The notes: generated by a model not told the origin, from the letters alone. A stretch of DNA of 64,000 nt from a bacterium (GCA_965213625.1 CBDBZU010000004.1:256001-320000), one strand, 5' to 3'; numbered from the stretch's first letter, positions 47,172 to 57,235 are shown. Translations and numbers: made by a program.

Positions 47172-49760
47172 ATGGCATGCAGTCCAAAGTACGGCGACCG
47201 GCGGGAGCGGTCGAATGAGCCGGAAAGCGGCATGATAATTGCGCGACGAAAAAAATGCCGTGAAGAAACCGGGGTATTGAACCGGCTTGAAGGTGAGTGG
47301 TGCGCCCGCGCCGGGTTCACGCTGAACCGGGCCTCGATCTGCGCCATCGTTCTTTGCGCCATGTTCGTCCTCACGAACTGTGGGGGCGGGGGCGGCGGCT
47401 CAAGAGTGCAAACGCAACCCTCGGTTATGCCCGAACCGCAAACTTGTCCTCCAGGGCAAGTCGGAACGCCCCCGAACTGCACGACTCCTCCTCCGCAAAC
47501 CTGTCCTCCAGGGCAAGTCGGGACGCCCCCGAATTGCACGACTCCGCCACCGCCTACCTGCCCGGCGGGGCAAGTCGGGACGCTTCCGAACTGCACCACA
47601 CCGCCGCCGCAACAATGCATTCCGCTTCACGACGGGACTTGCGCCACTACCGGAGATTTCAATACGCAGGCGGCGCAGCTTGCCGGGCAATACCGCATCG
47701 AGGATCCCTTCAAGAACCAGTGGAGTCTCGCGACCATCGGCGCGGACCGGGCCTACGCACACGTCAACCTGCTCAAGGGTGAAAACACCGCGCCGGGCGC
47801 CGGGGTGACCATCGGCTTCATAGACTCCGGCATTGATGCGGCGCACTCGATGTTCGCCGGAAAAACGGTTACGGAAGTGTTCATGAGCGGCGCCACGGAC
47901 GAGACGGGCCTCCCGCGGTTTTCTCACGGCACGGCCGTCGCGAGCGTCGCCGCCGGCGTTTACTCATCCGTTAACTCATCCAGCCCGCAAGGCGTTGCGC
48001 CGGGCGCCGACATCGCCATGTTCGCGATTACCCTCGGAACCGGGGGCGGCGAATATAGGCCCATATCACTCACGAGTTTGGCAAATCGAGACGCCGAGTG
48101 GGCGTCGCGATTCAATCAGGTCTTCGCATGGCGAGACGGCCAAAAGCGCGTCGACATCTTGAATCTAAGCATCGGCAATCACGGAATCATCAACGATTAC
48201 AGCGAAACCGAACTTCGCGCTAATTTCGGGCAGGCAATTTCAGCCATGACGCAGACTGGAGCAACTGATAAGGCGATTCTTATCTGGGCGGCCGGCAACG
48301 CACATGGAAGGTCATGCGCTTCGCTCACGGCCAACTGCGAGAACAACAAAATCAATGCGGTCTCAGTCGAAGTGCAGCCGGGTCTCGCCGCACGCGTCCC
48401 GGAGCTTAAAGGACATACTATCGTCGTCGTGGCGCTGAGACCCGGTGACGAGACGATCACCTCATTTTCCAATCGCTGCGGTATCGCGGCGGATTATTGC
48501 ATCGCGGCGCCAGGACAGAATATTAAGACTGCTTATTTCGGCCCCGACCCGAACGACGACACCAAAACGATTCGAGGTATCGCCCAGAACTCTAGAGGAA
48601 CATCCTTCGCCGCGCCGATGGTATCCGGTGGGCTCGCGATCATGAAACAACTCTTCCGGGATCAGCTCTCGAACACCAAACTGGTGACACGACTCTTCGA
48701 AACAGCCGACGATACCGGCGCATACGCGAACAGCGCCATCTACGGCAGGGGCAAGCTCGACCTCACAGCCGCCACGCACCCCGTGGGCGTCCTGGAAGTT
48801 CCGGCAGGCACGAACACGAACCAGGCCGGGAAAAGTCTGCACACGACGAGCCTGAGTCTCGGGGCGCCGTTCGGCAGCGGCCTCGCCCGCTCGCTCACGA
48901 ACCGCGAAATCATGTCCCTAGACGATCTGGGCGCGCCGTTCTGGTACAGGCTGGGCGGTTTCGTGGCGACGGCGAAGGGTCCGCCGGTGGACGCGCGGGT
49001 GCGGGGCTTCCTGGCCGACCCCTCCGGTGAATCCCACAAGCCCGGGATGTCGGTCCGTGAGACTTCCTCGGAAGCGGTTGGCGGACACCTCTCACTTGCC
49101 GAAGGCGGGATGATGGCGACATTCACGAACCAGGCGGGTCTTTCCGCCTCCGTTTTTGGCTCCCACCAGGATTACGACGCAGTGGGTGGCGCGCTCGGTT
49201 GGCGGCCCGAAGGCTCGCCGCTCGGTCTTCGCCTCGGATGGATAAGCGAGGATGAGACCATTCTGGGAGGCGAAGGACGAGGGGCCTTCGGGTCGCTGGC
49301 GGCGGACACCGCCTTCATCCGCCTCGAGGGAGACGTGAGACTCGGCGCATGGCGTCTCGGAGCAGACGCGGAATGGGGAAGCGTGCGCCCGCTGGCCCGG
49401 GGCGGACTCATCGATGAGGTCTCGCCCATGACGACCAGCGCGTTCGCGCTCCACGCGCACGCCGCCGTGACGGATAATGATGTGTTGCGTTTCTCCCTGG
49501 CGCAGCCCTTGCGCGTCGAGGACGGCCGGGCGTCGCTGACGATTCCGGTGGCGCGTACCAAAACCGGGCAGGTGCTGCGCTCGTCAATCGCGTCGCACCT
49601 CGCGCCCGATGAGCGTCAGTTCGACGTCGCCGCGAGCTGGGAGAGACCGCTGGCGGACGGACGCCTCCGCCTCGGCGTCGTCTGGAGCCTCCATCCCGGC
49701 CACAGTGGCTCCACCGAGCCTCAATTTACTTTCCTCGCCGGCTGGCGCCGGGCGTTTTGA
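47172..49760 (+). CDS. S8 subtilisin-family serine protease, lipoprotein-like N-terminus and beta-barrel-like C-terminus (true start probably downstream)
   Basis: IDSG, SHGTAVA, AAGN, GTSFAAPMV catalytic motifs; LTN-C + poly-Gly; amphipathic C-terminus ending W...F. Confidence 0.88.
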   Translation: MACSPKYGDRRERSNEPESGMIIARRKKCREETGVLNRLEGEWCARAGFTLNRASICAIVLCAMFVLTNCGGGGGGSRVQTQPSVMPEPQTCPPGQVGTPPNCTTPPPQTCPPGQVGTPPNCTTPPPPTCPAGQVGTLPNCTTPPPQQCIPLHDGTCATTGDFNTQAAQLAGQYRIEDPFKNQWSLATIGADRAYAHVNLLKGENTAPGAGVTIGFIDSGIDAAHSMFAGKTVTEVFMSGATDETGLPRFSHGTAVASVAAGVYSSVNSSSPQGVAPGADIAMFAITLGTGGGEYRPISLTSLANRDAEWASRFNQVFAWRDGQKRVDILNLSIGNHGIINDYSETELRANFGQAISAMTQTGATDKAILIWAAGNAHGRSCASLTANCENNKINAVSVEVQPGLAARVPELKGHTIVVVALRPGDETITSFSNRCGIAADYCIAAPGQNIKTAYFGPDPNDDTKTIRGIAQNSRGTSFAAPMVSGGLAIMKQLFRDQLSNTKLVTRLFETADDTGAYANSAIYGRGKLDLTAATHPVGVLEVPAGTNTNQAGKSLHTTSLSLGAPFGSGLARSLTNREIMSLDDLGAPFWYRLGGFVATAKGPPVDARVRGFLADPSGESHKPGMSVRETSSEAVGGHLSLAEGGMMATFTNQAGLSASVFGSHQDYDAVGGALGWRPEGSPLGLRLGWISEDETILGGEGRGAFGSLAADTAFIRLEGDVRLGAWRLGADAEWGSVRPLARGGLIDEVSPMTTSAFALHAHAAVTDNDVLRFSLAQPLRVEDGRASLTIPVARTKTGQVLRSSIASHLAPDERQFDVAASWERPLADGRLRLGVVWSLHPGHSGSTEPQFTFLAGWRRAF
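47436..47606 (+). repeat. Three 57-bp coding tandem repeats (PQTCPPGQVGTPPNCTTPP)
   Basis: Units at 47436, 47493 and 47550. Confidence 0.9.
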
Positions 49761-49871
49761 ATGGCGTCACCTGAATCTAAAAATCCGCAAAAAGCATGCG
49801 CAGGGATGATGATTTTCCGCAAGGAGTATAGCCACCGCCCCTTCTCGTGATATAGAATAGCGGCCCCTCGC

Positions 49872-49963
49872 GGAGAGATGGCCGAGTGGCTGAAGGCGCT
49901 CGCCTGCTAAGCGAGTAGGCTGGGAAACCGGCCTCGAGGGTTCGAATCCCTCTCTCTCCGCCA
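49872..49963 (+). tRNA. tRNA-Ser(GCT)
   Basis: GGAGAGA/TCTCTCC acceptor stem, CTCGC-CTGCTAA-GCGAG anticodon arm, long variable arm, GTTCGAATC, G discriminator + CCA. Confidence 0.97.
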
Positions 49964-50239
49964 TTTTTATACGGGCCGGGTCGGTGAACACCCAAGCCTC
50001 TCGTAGCCTGTTTCAATCAGCGTTGCAGACCCTCCCTCCTCGGTCGAGTCTGACTCCTATCTCAGTCGGAACTGATTCCTTTATTAATCGGCTCCCCGAC
50101 ACCGCAATGACGGACAAGGCCGCACCACCCCGTAACGGACAGGCCCCTGCGCTCCTCCTGTCTCCTGTGCCCGGAAAGCACTCCCTACCCCCCCCCTTGA
50201 CGGCTTAAACGTCCAAATTCAGGAATCTCACGCCCGGCG

Positions 50240-50719
50240 TCAACCAGTGGCCTCAAGTTCCTTTCCGTTGATGACGACGGGATCGGCGGCGAGCAGGACG
50301 AACGCGATAACACAGGGCTCCGCGCCGTTATTGACCCAGTTGTGTATCGTGCCGCGCTGCACACACACGTCTCCTTCTTTCAGATGCACGACGACGCCAT
50401 CATCGAGCGCCATGTCTATCTCGCCCTTCAGTACCACCAGGTAGTCGAGCGAGTGGGTCCGGTGCATTCGGGACGCGACGCCGGGACCATATTGCGTGAC
50501 CCTGATCTTCGAGGCCGTCGAACCCGGCAGACCGGGCTCGATGGCTTTCCCGTCGGCTTCGGTGTTCAGGTCGGCCGGATATACGTCAGTAGCCCATACG
50601 CCATGCCCCTCGTGTCCGGGCCTGGTCGACCGGGGCTCGCTCATCAACTCGTCGATCTTGACGACCGCCTTGCCGTTCTCATCGTGCCCGGTAACGACCC
50701 GTCTTAGCGAAAATTCCAC
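50240..50719 (-). CDS. Cupin domain protein
   Basis: RRVVTGHD.NGKAV, MHRT.SLDY.VVL.GE, GD..VQRGT.HNW.N. Confidence 0.88.
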   Translation of the reverse strand: MEFSLRRVVTGHDENGKAVVKIDELMSEPRSTRPGHEGHGVWATDVYPADLNTEADGKAIEPGLPGSTASKIRVTQYGPGVASRMHRTHSLDYLVVLKGEIDMALDDGVVVHLKEGDVCVQRGTIHNWVNNGAEPCVIAFVLLAADPVVINGKELEATG

Positions 50720-50765
50720 TTTGTATCTCCTCGTTCTTTATAAGCCGGTCATCGGCGCTTCTCCG

Positions 50766-51707
50766 TTATCGCGCCCTCACTGGAGCCAGGCGCGCCATTA
50801 GCGGAAAACGCGATTGATTCCTGAATGGCGGCATATACCTTTCCCTTAGGTGCCTGAGGCCCGGGCCAAACGATTTTTCCAGGATTTTGCTATGCCTCCC
50901 GTAAATTTCCGCCAAGTAGAATTCATGAAGAAAATATCCTTCGAGCACATAAACCATGGACTGGTTGCGAGAATAGGAGCCTTCCCATTCCTCTCCCGAA
51001 ACGGCCACCAGCATATCGGTGGAATCCACAGACATCGAAATTTTCGTGTTGGACAATGAGGTGAACTTGATGCCGATATTCTCGTGAGGAATAACGATTA
51101 ACTCAGGGTTCCGTTCGATCTTTTCGGCGGCGTCATTATAGAGGAGCAGTATGATCTCAACCCCGCGGCCCGCCGCAGCCTTGAGATCTTCCAGATAATT
51201 ATCGACCGCTCCCTCGAACGCTTTTATCCAGACGTGGCGTTTTGCACCTGAGATCAAATCTAAAATCTTGTTTTGAATTTTCTGTTTCCCGGCCAGCGTC
51301 CAGATATACATCTGCTCATTCGAATCGGACTTCTTCAAGGCCGCGGAAAGTTCATCGCAGATTTTCCGCGTATTATCGGCGACGCCCAGGAGATATTCCT
51401 CGGGGTCGCGGGGAATGTACCGCACGGGGTCTTCGCTGATGGGCTGAACGGCTCCTTTCGACTCCAGGGATTTGAGAACGTCATAGGCATTGCTACGGGG
51501 TAGGCGGGCGGCCTTGCTGATCTCGTAGCGGGTCGCCGGATGGCATTCACAAATGGCGAGATAAACACGGGATTCATGATCGGTGAAACCGAGTTGTCTC
51601 AGGCTGTTCAGAATCTCCTGCGACAGCGGCGGGGTCTCAGCAACAACATTGACGACCTTTCCATTCGACCGGACCATTTGGATTCTCCGCTTTTCAATAT
51701 ATTTCAT
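50766..51707 (-). CDS. TrmB family transcriptional regulator
   Basis: L..LGFT..E.RVY, AT.YEISK...LPRSNAYDVL.SL..KG.V; C-terminal effector domain. Confidence 0.85.
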   Translation of the reverse strand: MKYIEKRRIQMVRSNGKVVNVVAETPPLSQEILNSLRQLGFTDHESRVYLAICECHPATRYEISKAARLPRSNAYDVLKSLESKGAVQPISEDPVRYIPRDPEEYLLGVADNTRKICDELSAALKKSDSNEQMYIWTLAGKQKIQNKILDLISGAKRHVWIKAFEGAVDNYLEDLKAAAGRGVEIILLLYNDAAEKIERNPELIVIPHENIGIKFTSLSNTKISMSVDSTDMLVAVSGEEWEGSYSRNQSMVYVLEGYFLHEFYLAEIYGRHSKILEKSFGPGLRHLRERYMPPFRNQSRFPLMARLAPVRAR

Positions 51708-51899
51708 TCCCGTCGCAATCCGTCTAAAAATTCAAACGAATTCCCAACCTCCTGCGTTTTCGATATTTCCCCGATGAGGCCGCCCTGAAAATCTGTTGCC
51801 AAAACATCTTGCGTCTTGCGGATGCCTCGACTCATCTCTCCAATTACACGCCAATGACTCACGCCCCGGCGACTTCTCGACTGCGATAAATAAAAACTA

Positions 51900-51925
51900 A
51901 CTATATTCGTAGTATTTACAACTAC
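51900..51925. promoter_or_regulatory. Candidate operator palindromes upstream of the TrmB gene
   Basis: Overlapping ACTA-N6-TAGT (51900-51913) and GTAGT-N7-ACTAC (51909-51925) in AT-rich DNA. Confidence 0.3.
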
Positions 51926-52480
51926 TACACAATAAATCTATCTATTCCTCTCCTCTATGTAATGAACACCCAGGCCAGACAATATCTTCAAGGAAAATTA
52001 CTCTGGAACACCCAAGACTACCTGGATGGAAGTGCCAAAGGAAAAAGCCTTTATTTTTTACTAATTATTCCAGCATGTAGAACAAAATATCATTCGAAAA
52101 TTTGACAGAAACCTCCCTGACCTTCGACATAAGTGAAAAACCCGGTAGGGAGTGTGCACCAAGGTTTCATAGTCAGACATCGCTATGTTGGCCCAAGCTC
52201 TGATTGTTTGAAATTATAAAAAATAGCCTAGAGAAAAACCCTTGAAGTAGTATACAAACTGGCATGCAATGCACCGAGTTTCTGAATGTCACCAATGATT
52301 ACAGTGCTTCAGAATCAAACGGTTAAGAGAAAGGGGTATGCAACAAGAGTCTCTCTCCGCCATACGCAAGCCCGCCTGATGTTACACTAGTTCCCGGCAC
52401 ATCACCGGCGCCGCCTAGTTCTTCCCGGTGGTTCGGATGAAATCAATGCTTTGCACGGAACCGACAAAAGGGAGAATACG

Positions 52481-52951
52481 ATGCAGCGTAACTTCTTCCG
52501 CCTGAACGCTACACAGCAATTACCCATCGATCTTGACGCCGCCTGGGATTTTTTCTCGAATCCGCTGAATTTGAAAGAGATCACGCCGCCCGAGCTTCAC
52601 CTCGTCGTCGAGAACGAGTTGCCTTCCAGGCTGCACCCCGGCACCCTAATTTGCTACCGGGTAAGGCCCTTTCTGGGGATTCCGGTTCACTGGGTCACGG
52701 AAATAACGCACGTGGAAGAGGGCCGTCTCTTCGTGGACGAGCAGCGCTTCGGTCCCTATCGCTTCTGGCACCACCAGCACCATTTTCAGCCGATCAATGG
52801 AGGTGTGGAGATACGCGACATCATCCATTACAAGCTGCCTTTGGGACCCTTCTCGTTCCTCGCCGACAGCTTCGTGGTAAGCCGGCAATTGCGCCGCATA
52901 TTCTCCTACCGTGAAGAGGCGCTCGCGCAGCGCTTCGGCCAGATGAATTGA
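52481..52951 (+). CDS. SRPBCC family protein
   Basis: AWDFFSNP.NL.EITPP, W.TEIT, FVDEQRFGPY.FWHHQH.F, IFSYR; GGGAG RBS before ATG 52481. Confidence 0.88.
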   Translation: MQRNFFRLNATQQLPIDLDAAWDFFSNPLNLKEITPPELHLVVENELPSRLHPGTLICYRVRPFLGIPVHWVTEITHVEEGRLFVDEQRFGPYRFWHHQHHFQPINGGVEIRDIIHYKLPLGPFSFLADSFVVSRQLRRIFSYREEALAQRFGQMN

Positions 52952-53082
52952 ATTGCCCCTTTCTATAGACTTGGAGCACGACACACTATAGAACATGAAC
53001 CACCCGAGCGGACTCACCTTTACCGAGTTGCCCGGGAGGATGGGAAAACGCACCTTTTCACGCAACCACCCGGAGAAACACA

Positions 53083-53913
53083 ATGAAAATCATACTCGCA
53101 ATCGCCCTCTCGCTCTTCATGACTTCAGCCTCTTTCGCGCAAGAGATCGTAAAGGAAAAGCCCTCCAACCCGGTTCTTTTGATGAAGACGAATTTCGGCG
53201 ACCTCTACATCGAAATGTTCCCCGAGGAAGCGCCCAAGACGGTGGCGAACTTCATGGACCTCGCCACGGGCAAGCGTGTCTTCGCCGACCACAAGACCAG
53301 CAAGAAAGTGAAACGCCCGTTCTATGACGGTCTGAAGTTTCACCGTGTCATCAAGGAGTTCATGATCCAGGGAGGCGACCCCAAGGGAAACGGTACTGGA
53401 GGCCCCGGCTACAACTTCGAGGATGAGATCAACGCCGAAGCCCTGGGTCTCCATAATCAAAAGGCTTTGAAGGACGGCCGCCCGCATGCTTATTTGCCCA
53501 TCAGGAACCAGAGCGATTTTCAGCGCACCCTGGTGCAGCCCCTGTTACAGAAGATGGGCATCCGCTCCCAGGCCGACCTCGACAAGCGCAGGGAAGAGGT
53601 GAAGAAGCGTATCAACGAGCTCACGCTCAAGGATGCGTATGAGAACATGGGCTATCGCTTCAACGAGAAACTCAAGTCACGCCCACCCAAGAAGGGCGTG
53701 CTCGCGATGGCGAACTCGGGCCCCAACACGAACGGTTCGCAATTTTTCATCAACCTGATCGACACCCCTTGGCTAGCGGGCAAACACACGGTATTCGGAA
53801 AAGTAGTGAAGGGGATGGACGTGGTGGAGAAAATCGGCGAAACGCCCGTGGGGGCGGGGAGCACGCCTCAGAAAGAGGTGAAAATCATCTCGGTCCGGCT
53901 TCATACTCCCTGA
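53083..53913 (+). CDS. Exported cyclophilin-type peptidyl-prolyl isomerase with internal insertion
   Basis: APKTVANF, FHRVIKEFMIQGGDP.G.GTGGPGY.F.DE, LAMANSGPNTNGSQFFI, L.GKHTVFG. Confidence 0.95.
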   Translation: MKIILAIALSLFMTSASFAQEIVKEKPSNPVLLMKTNFGDLYIEMFPEEAPKTVANFMDLATGKRVFADHKTSKKVKRPFYDGLKFHRVIKEFMIQGGDPKGNGTGGPGYNFEDEINAEALGLHNQKALKDGRPHAYLPIRNQSDFQRTLVQPLLQKMGIRSQADLDKRREEVKKRINELTLKDAYENMGYRFNEKLKSRPPKKGVLAMANSGPNTNGSQFFINLIDTPWLAGKHTVFGKVVKGMDVVEKIGETPVGAGSTPQKEVKIISVRLHTP

Positions 53914-53969
53914 TTTCCAGGAGAAAGAACTGGAACGGCGCGTTCATCAAGCAACGCCCTCGTGTAAGG

Positions 53970-54578
53970 TTACATCTCGCGGCGGCCCTCTAGCGATCGG
54001 GTAAGCGTCATCTCATCCGCGTATTCGAGATGGCTGCCCATGGGCAAGCCGTGCGCCAACTGGGTGACGCGCACGCCGAGCGGTTTGAGCACCTGGGCGA
54101 GATACAGGGAAGTTCCCTCGCCCGCCATATTGGGATTCAGAGCCAGAATCACCTCATTCACATCTCCCGTCTTTACACGCTCAATGAGCTTGGCGATGGT
54201 GAGGTCCTCGGGCTCCACGCCATCGAGAGGGGAAATGACGCCCATCAGCACGTGATAGCGTCCCTTCACGCCTCCCGCGCGCTCGATGGCGAACACGTCG
54301 GCGGGCTCTTCCACTACGCAAATGACGCTCGCGTCGCGTGCGCCGCACACCGAGCAGTCAATCCCGCCCGCTTCACCCTCCACGAGCATCGAACACGTGC
54401 CGCACAGGCCCACTTTGTCATGCAGCGCCTCGCACGAGGCGGCGATTTTATCGGCGGCTTCGGGGTCCTTGCCCAACAGGTGAAAAACGAATCGCTGCGC
54501 GCTTTTCGGCCCCACTCCTGGAAGACGACGAAACGCTTCGATGCACTCTTCTATGGCGGGAAACCGACTTAGCTGCAT
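53970..54578 (-). CDS. recR: Recombination mediator RecR
   Basis: LPGVGPKSAQR, C4 Zn finger, ICVVEEP, Toprim YHVL.G.ISPLDG, LEYADE.TL. Confidence 0.97.
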   Translation of the reverse strand: MQLSRFPAIEECIEAFRRLPGVGPKSAQRFVFHLLGKDPEAADKIAASCEALHDKVGLCGTCSMLVEGEAGGIDCSVCGARDASVICVVEEPADVFAIERAGGVKGRYHVLMGVISPLDGVEPEDLTIAKLIERVKTGDVNEVILALNPNMAGEGTSLYLAQVLKPLGVRVTQLAHGLPMGSHLEYADEMTLTRSLEGRREM

Positions 54579-54669
54579 GGTGTATTCTCAGTTACGTTTC
54601 AGGCCGCGGCCTAAAATGACGAAAAAGACGATATGAAAACGATGCGCGGCGCAGAGGCCGCGCACCGAC

Positions 54670-54987
54670 TCAGAACATACCGGGAATGGGCAGACCACCG
54701 GTGAGTTTCTTCATCTCCTCGGACATCATGTCCTTGCCTTTACGGGACGCCTCGTTGCACGCGGCGCGCACCAGATCCTCGAGCATCTCCACATCATCGG
54801 GGTCGACCACTTGCGGGTCTATTTTCACCGAGATCACGTCGCCCGCGCCGTTGGCGGTCACGCTCACCATGCCGCCGCCGGCGGAGGCCTCCACCGTCTT
54901 CGCCGCCATCTCCTCCTGAAGCTTGGCCATCTTGTCCTGGAGTTGGCGCGCCTGTTTCATTAAACCTCCGATGCCACCTTTTAACAT
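54670..54987 (-). CDS. ybaB: YbaB/EbfC nucleoid-associated protein
   Basis: MKQA..LQ.KM, SAGGGMV.V..NG, DD.EMLEDL..AA.NEA; lies between dnaX and recR. Confidence 0.96.
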   Translation of the reverse strand: MLKGGIGGLMKQARQLQDKMAKLQEEMAAKTVEASAGGGMVSVTANGAGDVISVKIDPQVVDPDDVEMLEDLVRAACNEASRKGKDMMSEEMKKLTGGLPIPGMF

Positions 54988-55018
54988 GAGAATCTCCCCG
55001 AGGTATTTCCCTCACCAC

Positions 55019-56749
55019 TCAAGCGAATGAATTTCCACCCGATTTTCGCATCCGCCCGTGGCGAATGTCGACTATCTTTCCGTTGAACAAATCCACGATT
55101 TCCTGAACCACCGCCTCTTCATTCTCATCAAGTTTCTGGCCACGCACATTGCTTGTTTCCCCAGCCCCTTGCCTGGTTTGCGAATGCGCTCCATTTTTCA
55201 CGCCCGCTATCTCGACTTTGGCGCTCCAGGGGGAATGCTCTCGGAAGAATTTTTCGATTTCGGGCAGCACCTCCTCCGCCATGTGCAGACTCTGCGCGTT
55301 CCGGTTCTCCAGCGCGAGAATCACGCGGATGATTCCTTCTGTTTCAAGATCAAGCTCAACGCCATGAAAAAGCGGACGCCTCATCGGGCGCAAGGTCTTC
55401 ACCGCGCCAGTCCATACGCGCCTCGCCTCGACGGTGTTCCACTCCTGCGCTTCCACCTGCGCGACGGGAGAGCCCCCCGAATCAGGTTCAGTCGCAGGCG
55501 GAGCCGAGGCGGGCGCCGTGGTTTTCAGAGGAGCCGGAGGCGCTGCGCCGCCGGCAGGTTCCTCTTTCTGCGATGGGGTAAGGGTGGGAAGTGGAGCCGC
55601 TCCCCCGCCCATGGTCTCGAGCTTCTCCATCAATGCGCCCAAATCCGCTATCGGCTCAATCTGGCACATGCGCAGAATCGCAACCTCGAGCGTCATGCGG
55701 GGGTGATCCGATGTCCTGAGTTCGAACTCCGCTCCCTGCAGAATGGAATACGCTTGATGCGCCTCGGCGAAGCTCATCTTCGCAGCCACCTGATTGCGCT
55801 CTTCGATTTCTGAGGCCGCCACGTCGAAGAGCGCCTCGTTGTCACTGGCCGATAAGAGCACCATGCAGTCGCGCAAATACTCGAGGAGGTTCGCGGAGAA
55901 GAGCTTGAGGTCGTGACCCGCGTCGAAGAGGCTCTTGAGTTCGGTAAGCGCCTTGTTGCCGTCGCGCGCGATCACCGCCTCGACCACTGCTTTGTGGATG
56001 CTGCCCGAGGGCACCCCGAGCACTTTTTCCACTTCCTCGTTCGACACCGGATCCTCGGCGGCGAAAGCGAGCACCTGATCGAGCAAAGACTGCGCATCGC
56101 GAATGCTGCCCTCCCCCATCCGCGCCAACAGCTTGACGGCCGACTCGTCCATCTTCCTGCCCTGCGCCTCGACGATCTTTGAGAGATGCGCCGCGATGAC
56201 CGAGGTCGTGATCCTCCTGAATTCAAACACCTGGCAGCGGCTCAAAATGGTGTCGGGGACGTTCTTGATCTCCGTGGTGGCCAGAATGAATACGACGTGG
56301 GGCGGTGGTTCTTCGAGCGTCTTGAGCAACGCGTTGAAAGAGCTTTTTGAGAGCATGTGCACTTCATCGAATATCACCGTCTTGTAGCGCCCGCGCGCGG
56401 GTTGGTAGCGCAGCCCCTCGCGCAGTTCACGCACGTTGTCCACCCCCGTATAGGTGGCGGCGTCGATTTCCAGAATGTCGGGATGGCTCCCTCTTGTGAT
56501 CTCCTCGCAAGATGAACACTCATTGCAAGGTTCGGGCAGAGACCCATCTTCCGATTCGCAATTGAGCGCCTTTGCAAGAATACGGGCGGTGGTCGTCTTA
56601 CCTACTCCGCGCGTACCGCTGAACAGATATGCGGATGCGACGCGCCCCGAGGCGAGCGCGTTCGTGAGCGTGCGCTGGATGTGCTCCTGGCCGATGAGTT
56701 CCTCGAAACGCTGCGGACGCCATTTCCTGGCGCTGCCGATGAAGGACAT
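55019..56749 (-). CDS. dnaX: DNA polymerase III subunit gamma/tau
   Basis: ARKWRPQ.F, GTRGVGKTT, Zn module, DEVHML, TILSRC, Pro/Ala linker. Start moved to ATG 56749 because the upstream part is SRP RNA. Confidence 0.97.
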   Translation of the reverse strand: MSFIGSARKWRPQRFEELIGQEHIQRTLTNALASGRVASAYLFSGTRGVGKTTTARILAKALNCESEDGSLPEPCNECSSCEEITRGSHPDILEIDAATYTGVDNVRELREGLRYQPARGRYKTVIFDEVHMLSKSSFNALLKTLEEPPPHVVFILATTEIKNVPDTILSRCQVFEFRRITTSVIAAHLSKIVEAQGRKMDESAVKLLARMGEGSIRDAQSLLDQVLAFAAEDPVSNEEVEKVLGVPSGSIHKAVVEAVIARDGNKALTELKSLFDAGHDLKLFSANLLEYLRDCMVLLSASDNEALFDVAASEIEERNQVAAKMSFAEAHQAYSILQGAEFELRTSDHPRMTLEVAILRMCQIEPIADLGALMEKLETMGGGAAPLPTLTPSQKEEPAGGAAPPAPLKTTAPASAPPATEPDSGGSPVAQVEAQEWNTVEARRVWTGAVKTLRPMRRPLFHGVELDLETEGIIRVILALENRNAQSLHMAEEVLPEIEKFFREHSPWSAKVEIAGVKNGAHSQTRQGAGETSNVRGQKLDENEEAVVQEIVDLFNGKIVDIRHGRMRKSGGNSFA

Positions 56750-56811
56750 CAAGAATCCATCCCAAGGATTTACGCCATAAAAGGGCCCCATACCCCATGA
56801 GCGGCGCAGAC

Positions 56812-56944
56812 CCTGCGATGGAGTCGACCGGCCAGGCGCCCTCGTGGCACCCGGGAGTATCCACTTACCGCTGCTTCCTTCCGGACCTGACGGGGTTCGC
56901 GGGCTCCCGCCGCACGAGACCCAACCGGCCGAATCCATCGCAGG
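56812..56944 (-). ncRNA. ffs: Signal recognition particle RNA (small bacterial SRP RNA, 4.5S)
   Basis: Minus strand contains GTCAGGTCCGGAAGGAAGCAGC in one long hairpin closed by CCTGCGATGGA/TCCATCGCAGG; ffs-dnaX-ybaB-recR synteny. Confidence 0.95.
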
Positions 56945-57235
56945 CTCTTAATGAAATCCTACCTCGTCCCCCGGCCTTTTGGAAGCGGAAGCATCGCCAT
57001 TTTAATGAGGGCGAACCGCGTGACGGATAACCATCCAAATAACATGGCGTTAGGAGGGCATCTCCTTCAGAAAGGCAACATCCATGAGAGGGAACCAACC
57101 CTTAGAATAAATGCCGACTTGCATCGCCATATAACTCGGAATGGGGTTACAATACACCGGTTCAGCTTCAAACTACTAGAAGCCCTCTCGGTACCGTATT
57201 TTTTTCGGGTCAAACACGGAAAGGCCAACGGACGC

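Larger units (their letters stand above)
49951..52363. mobile_element. tRNA-anchored genomic islet (integrative element remnant)
   Basis: TCTCTCTCCGCCAT at 49951-49964 (tRNA 3' end) repeated exactly at 52350-52363; interior visibly AT-richer; no integrase. Confidence 0.7.

Noticed and set aside
49872-49963. tRNA with long variable arm as possible tRNA-Sec
   Set aside because: The anticodon is GCT and the acceptor stem is 7 bp, so it is an ordinary tRNA-Ser. No sel genes are in this window.
52259-52275. Sigma-54 promoter TGGCATGCAATGCA
   Set aside because: GG-to-GC spacing is 2 bp shorter than the invariant -24/-12 spacing. No convincing sigma-54 or NtrC site was found upstream of urtA either.
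55019-56749. Programmed -1 frameshift site in dnaX (gamma/tau)
   Set aside because: No A-AAA-AAG heptamer or long A run was seen near the domain III/linker boundary.
56750-57235. N-terminal extensions of ORFs 55019..56938 and 56951..58099
   Set aside because: They overlap the SRP RNA and its promoter region; family-like sequence begins at 56749 and 57236.
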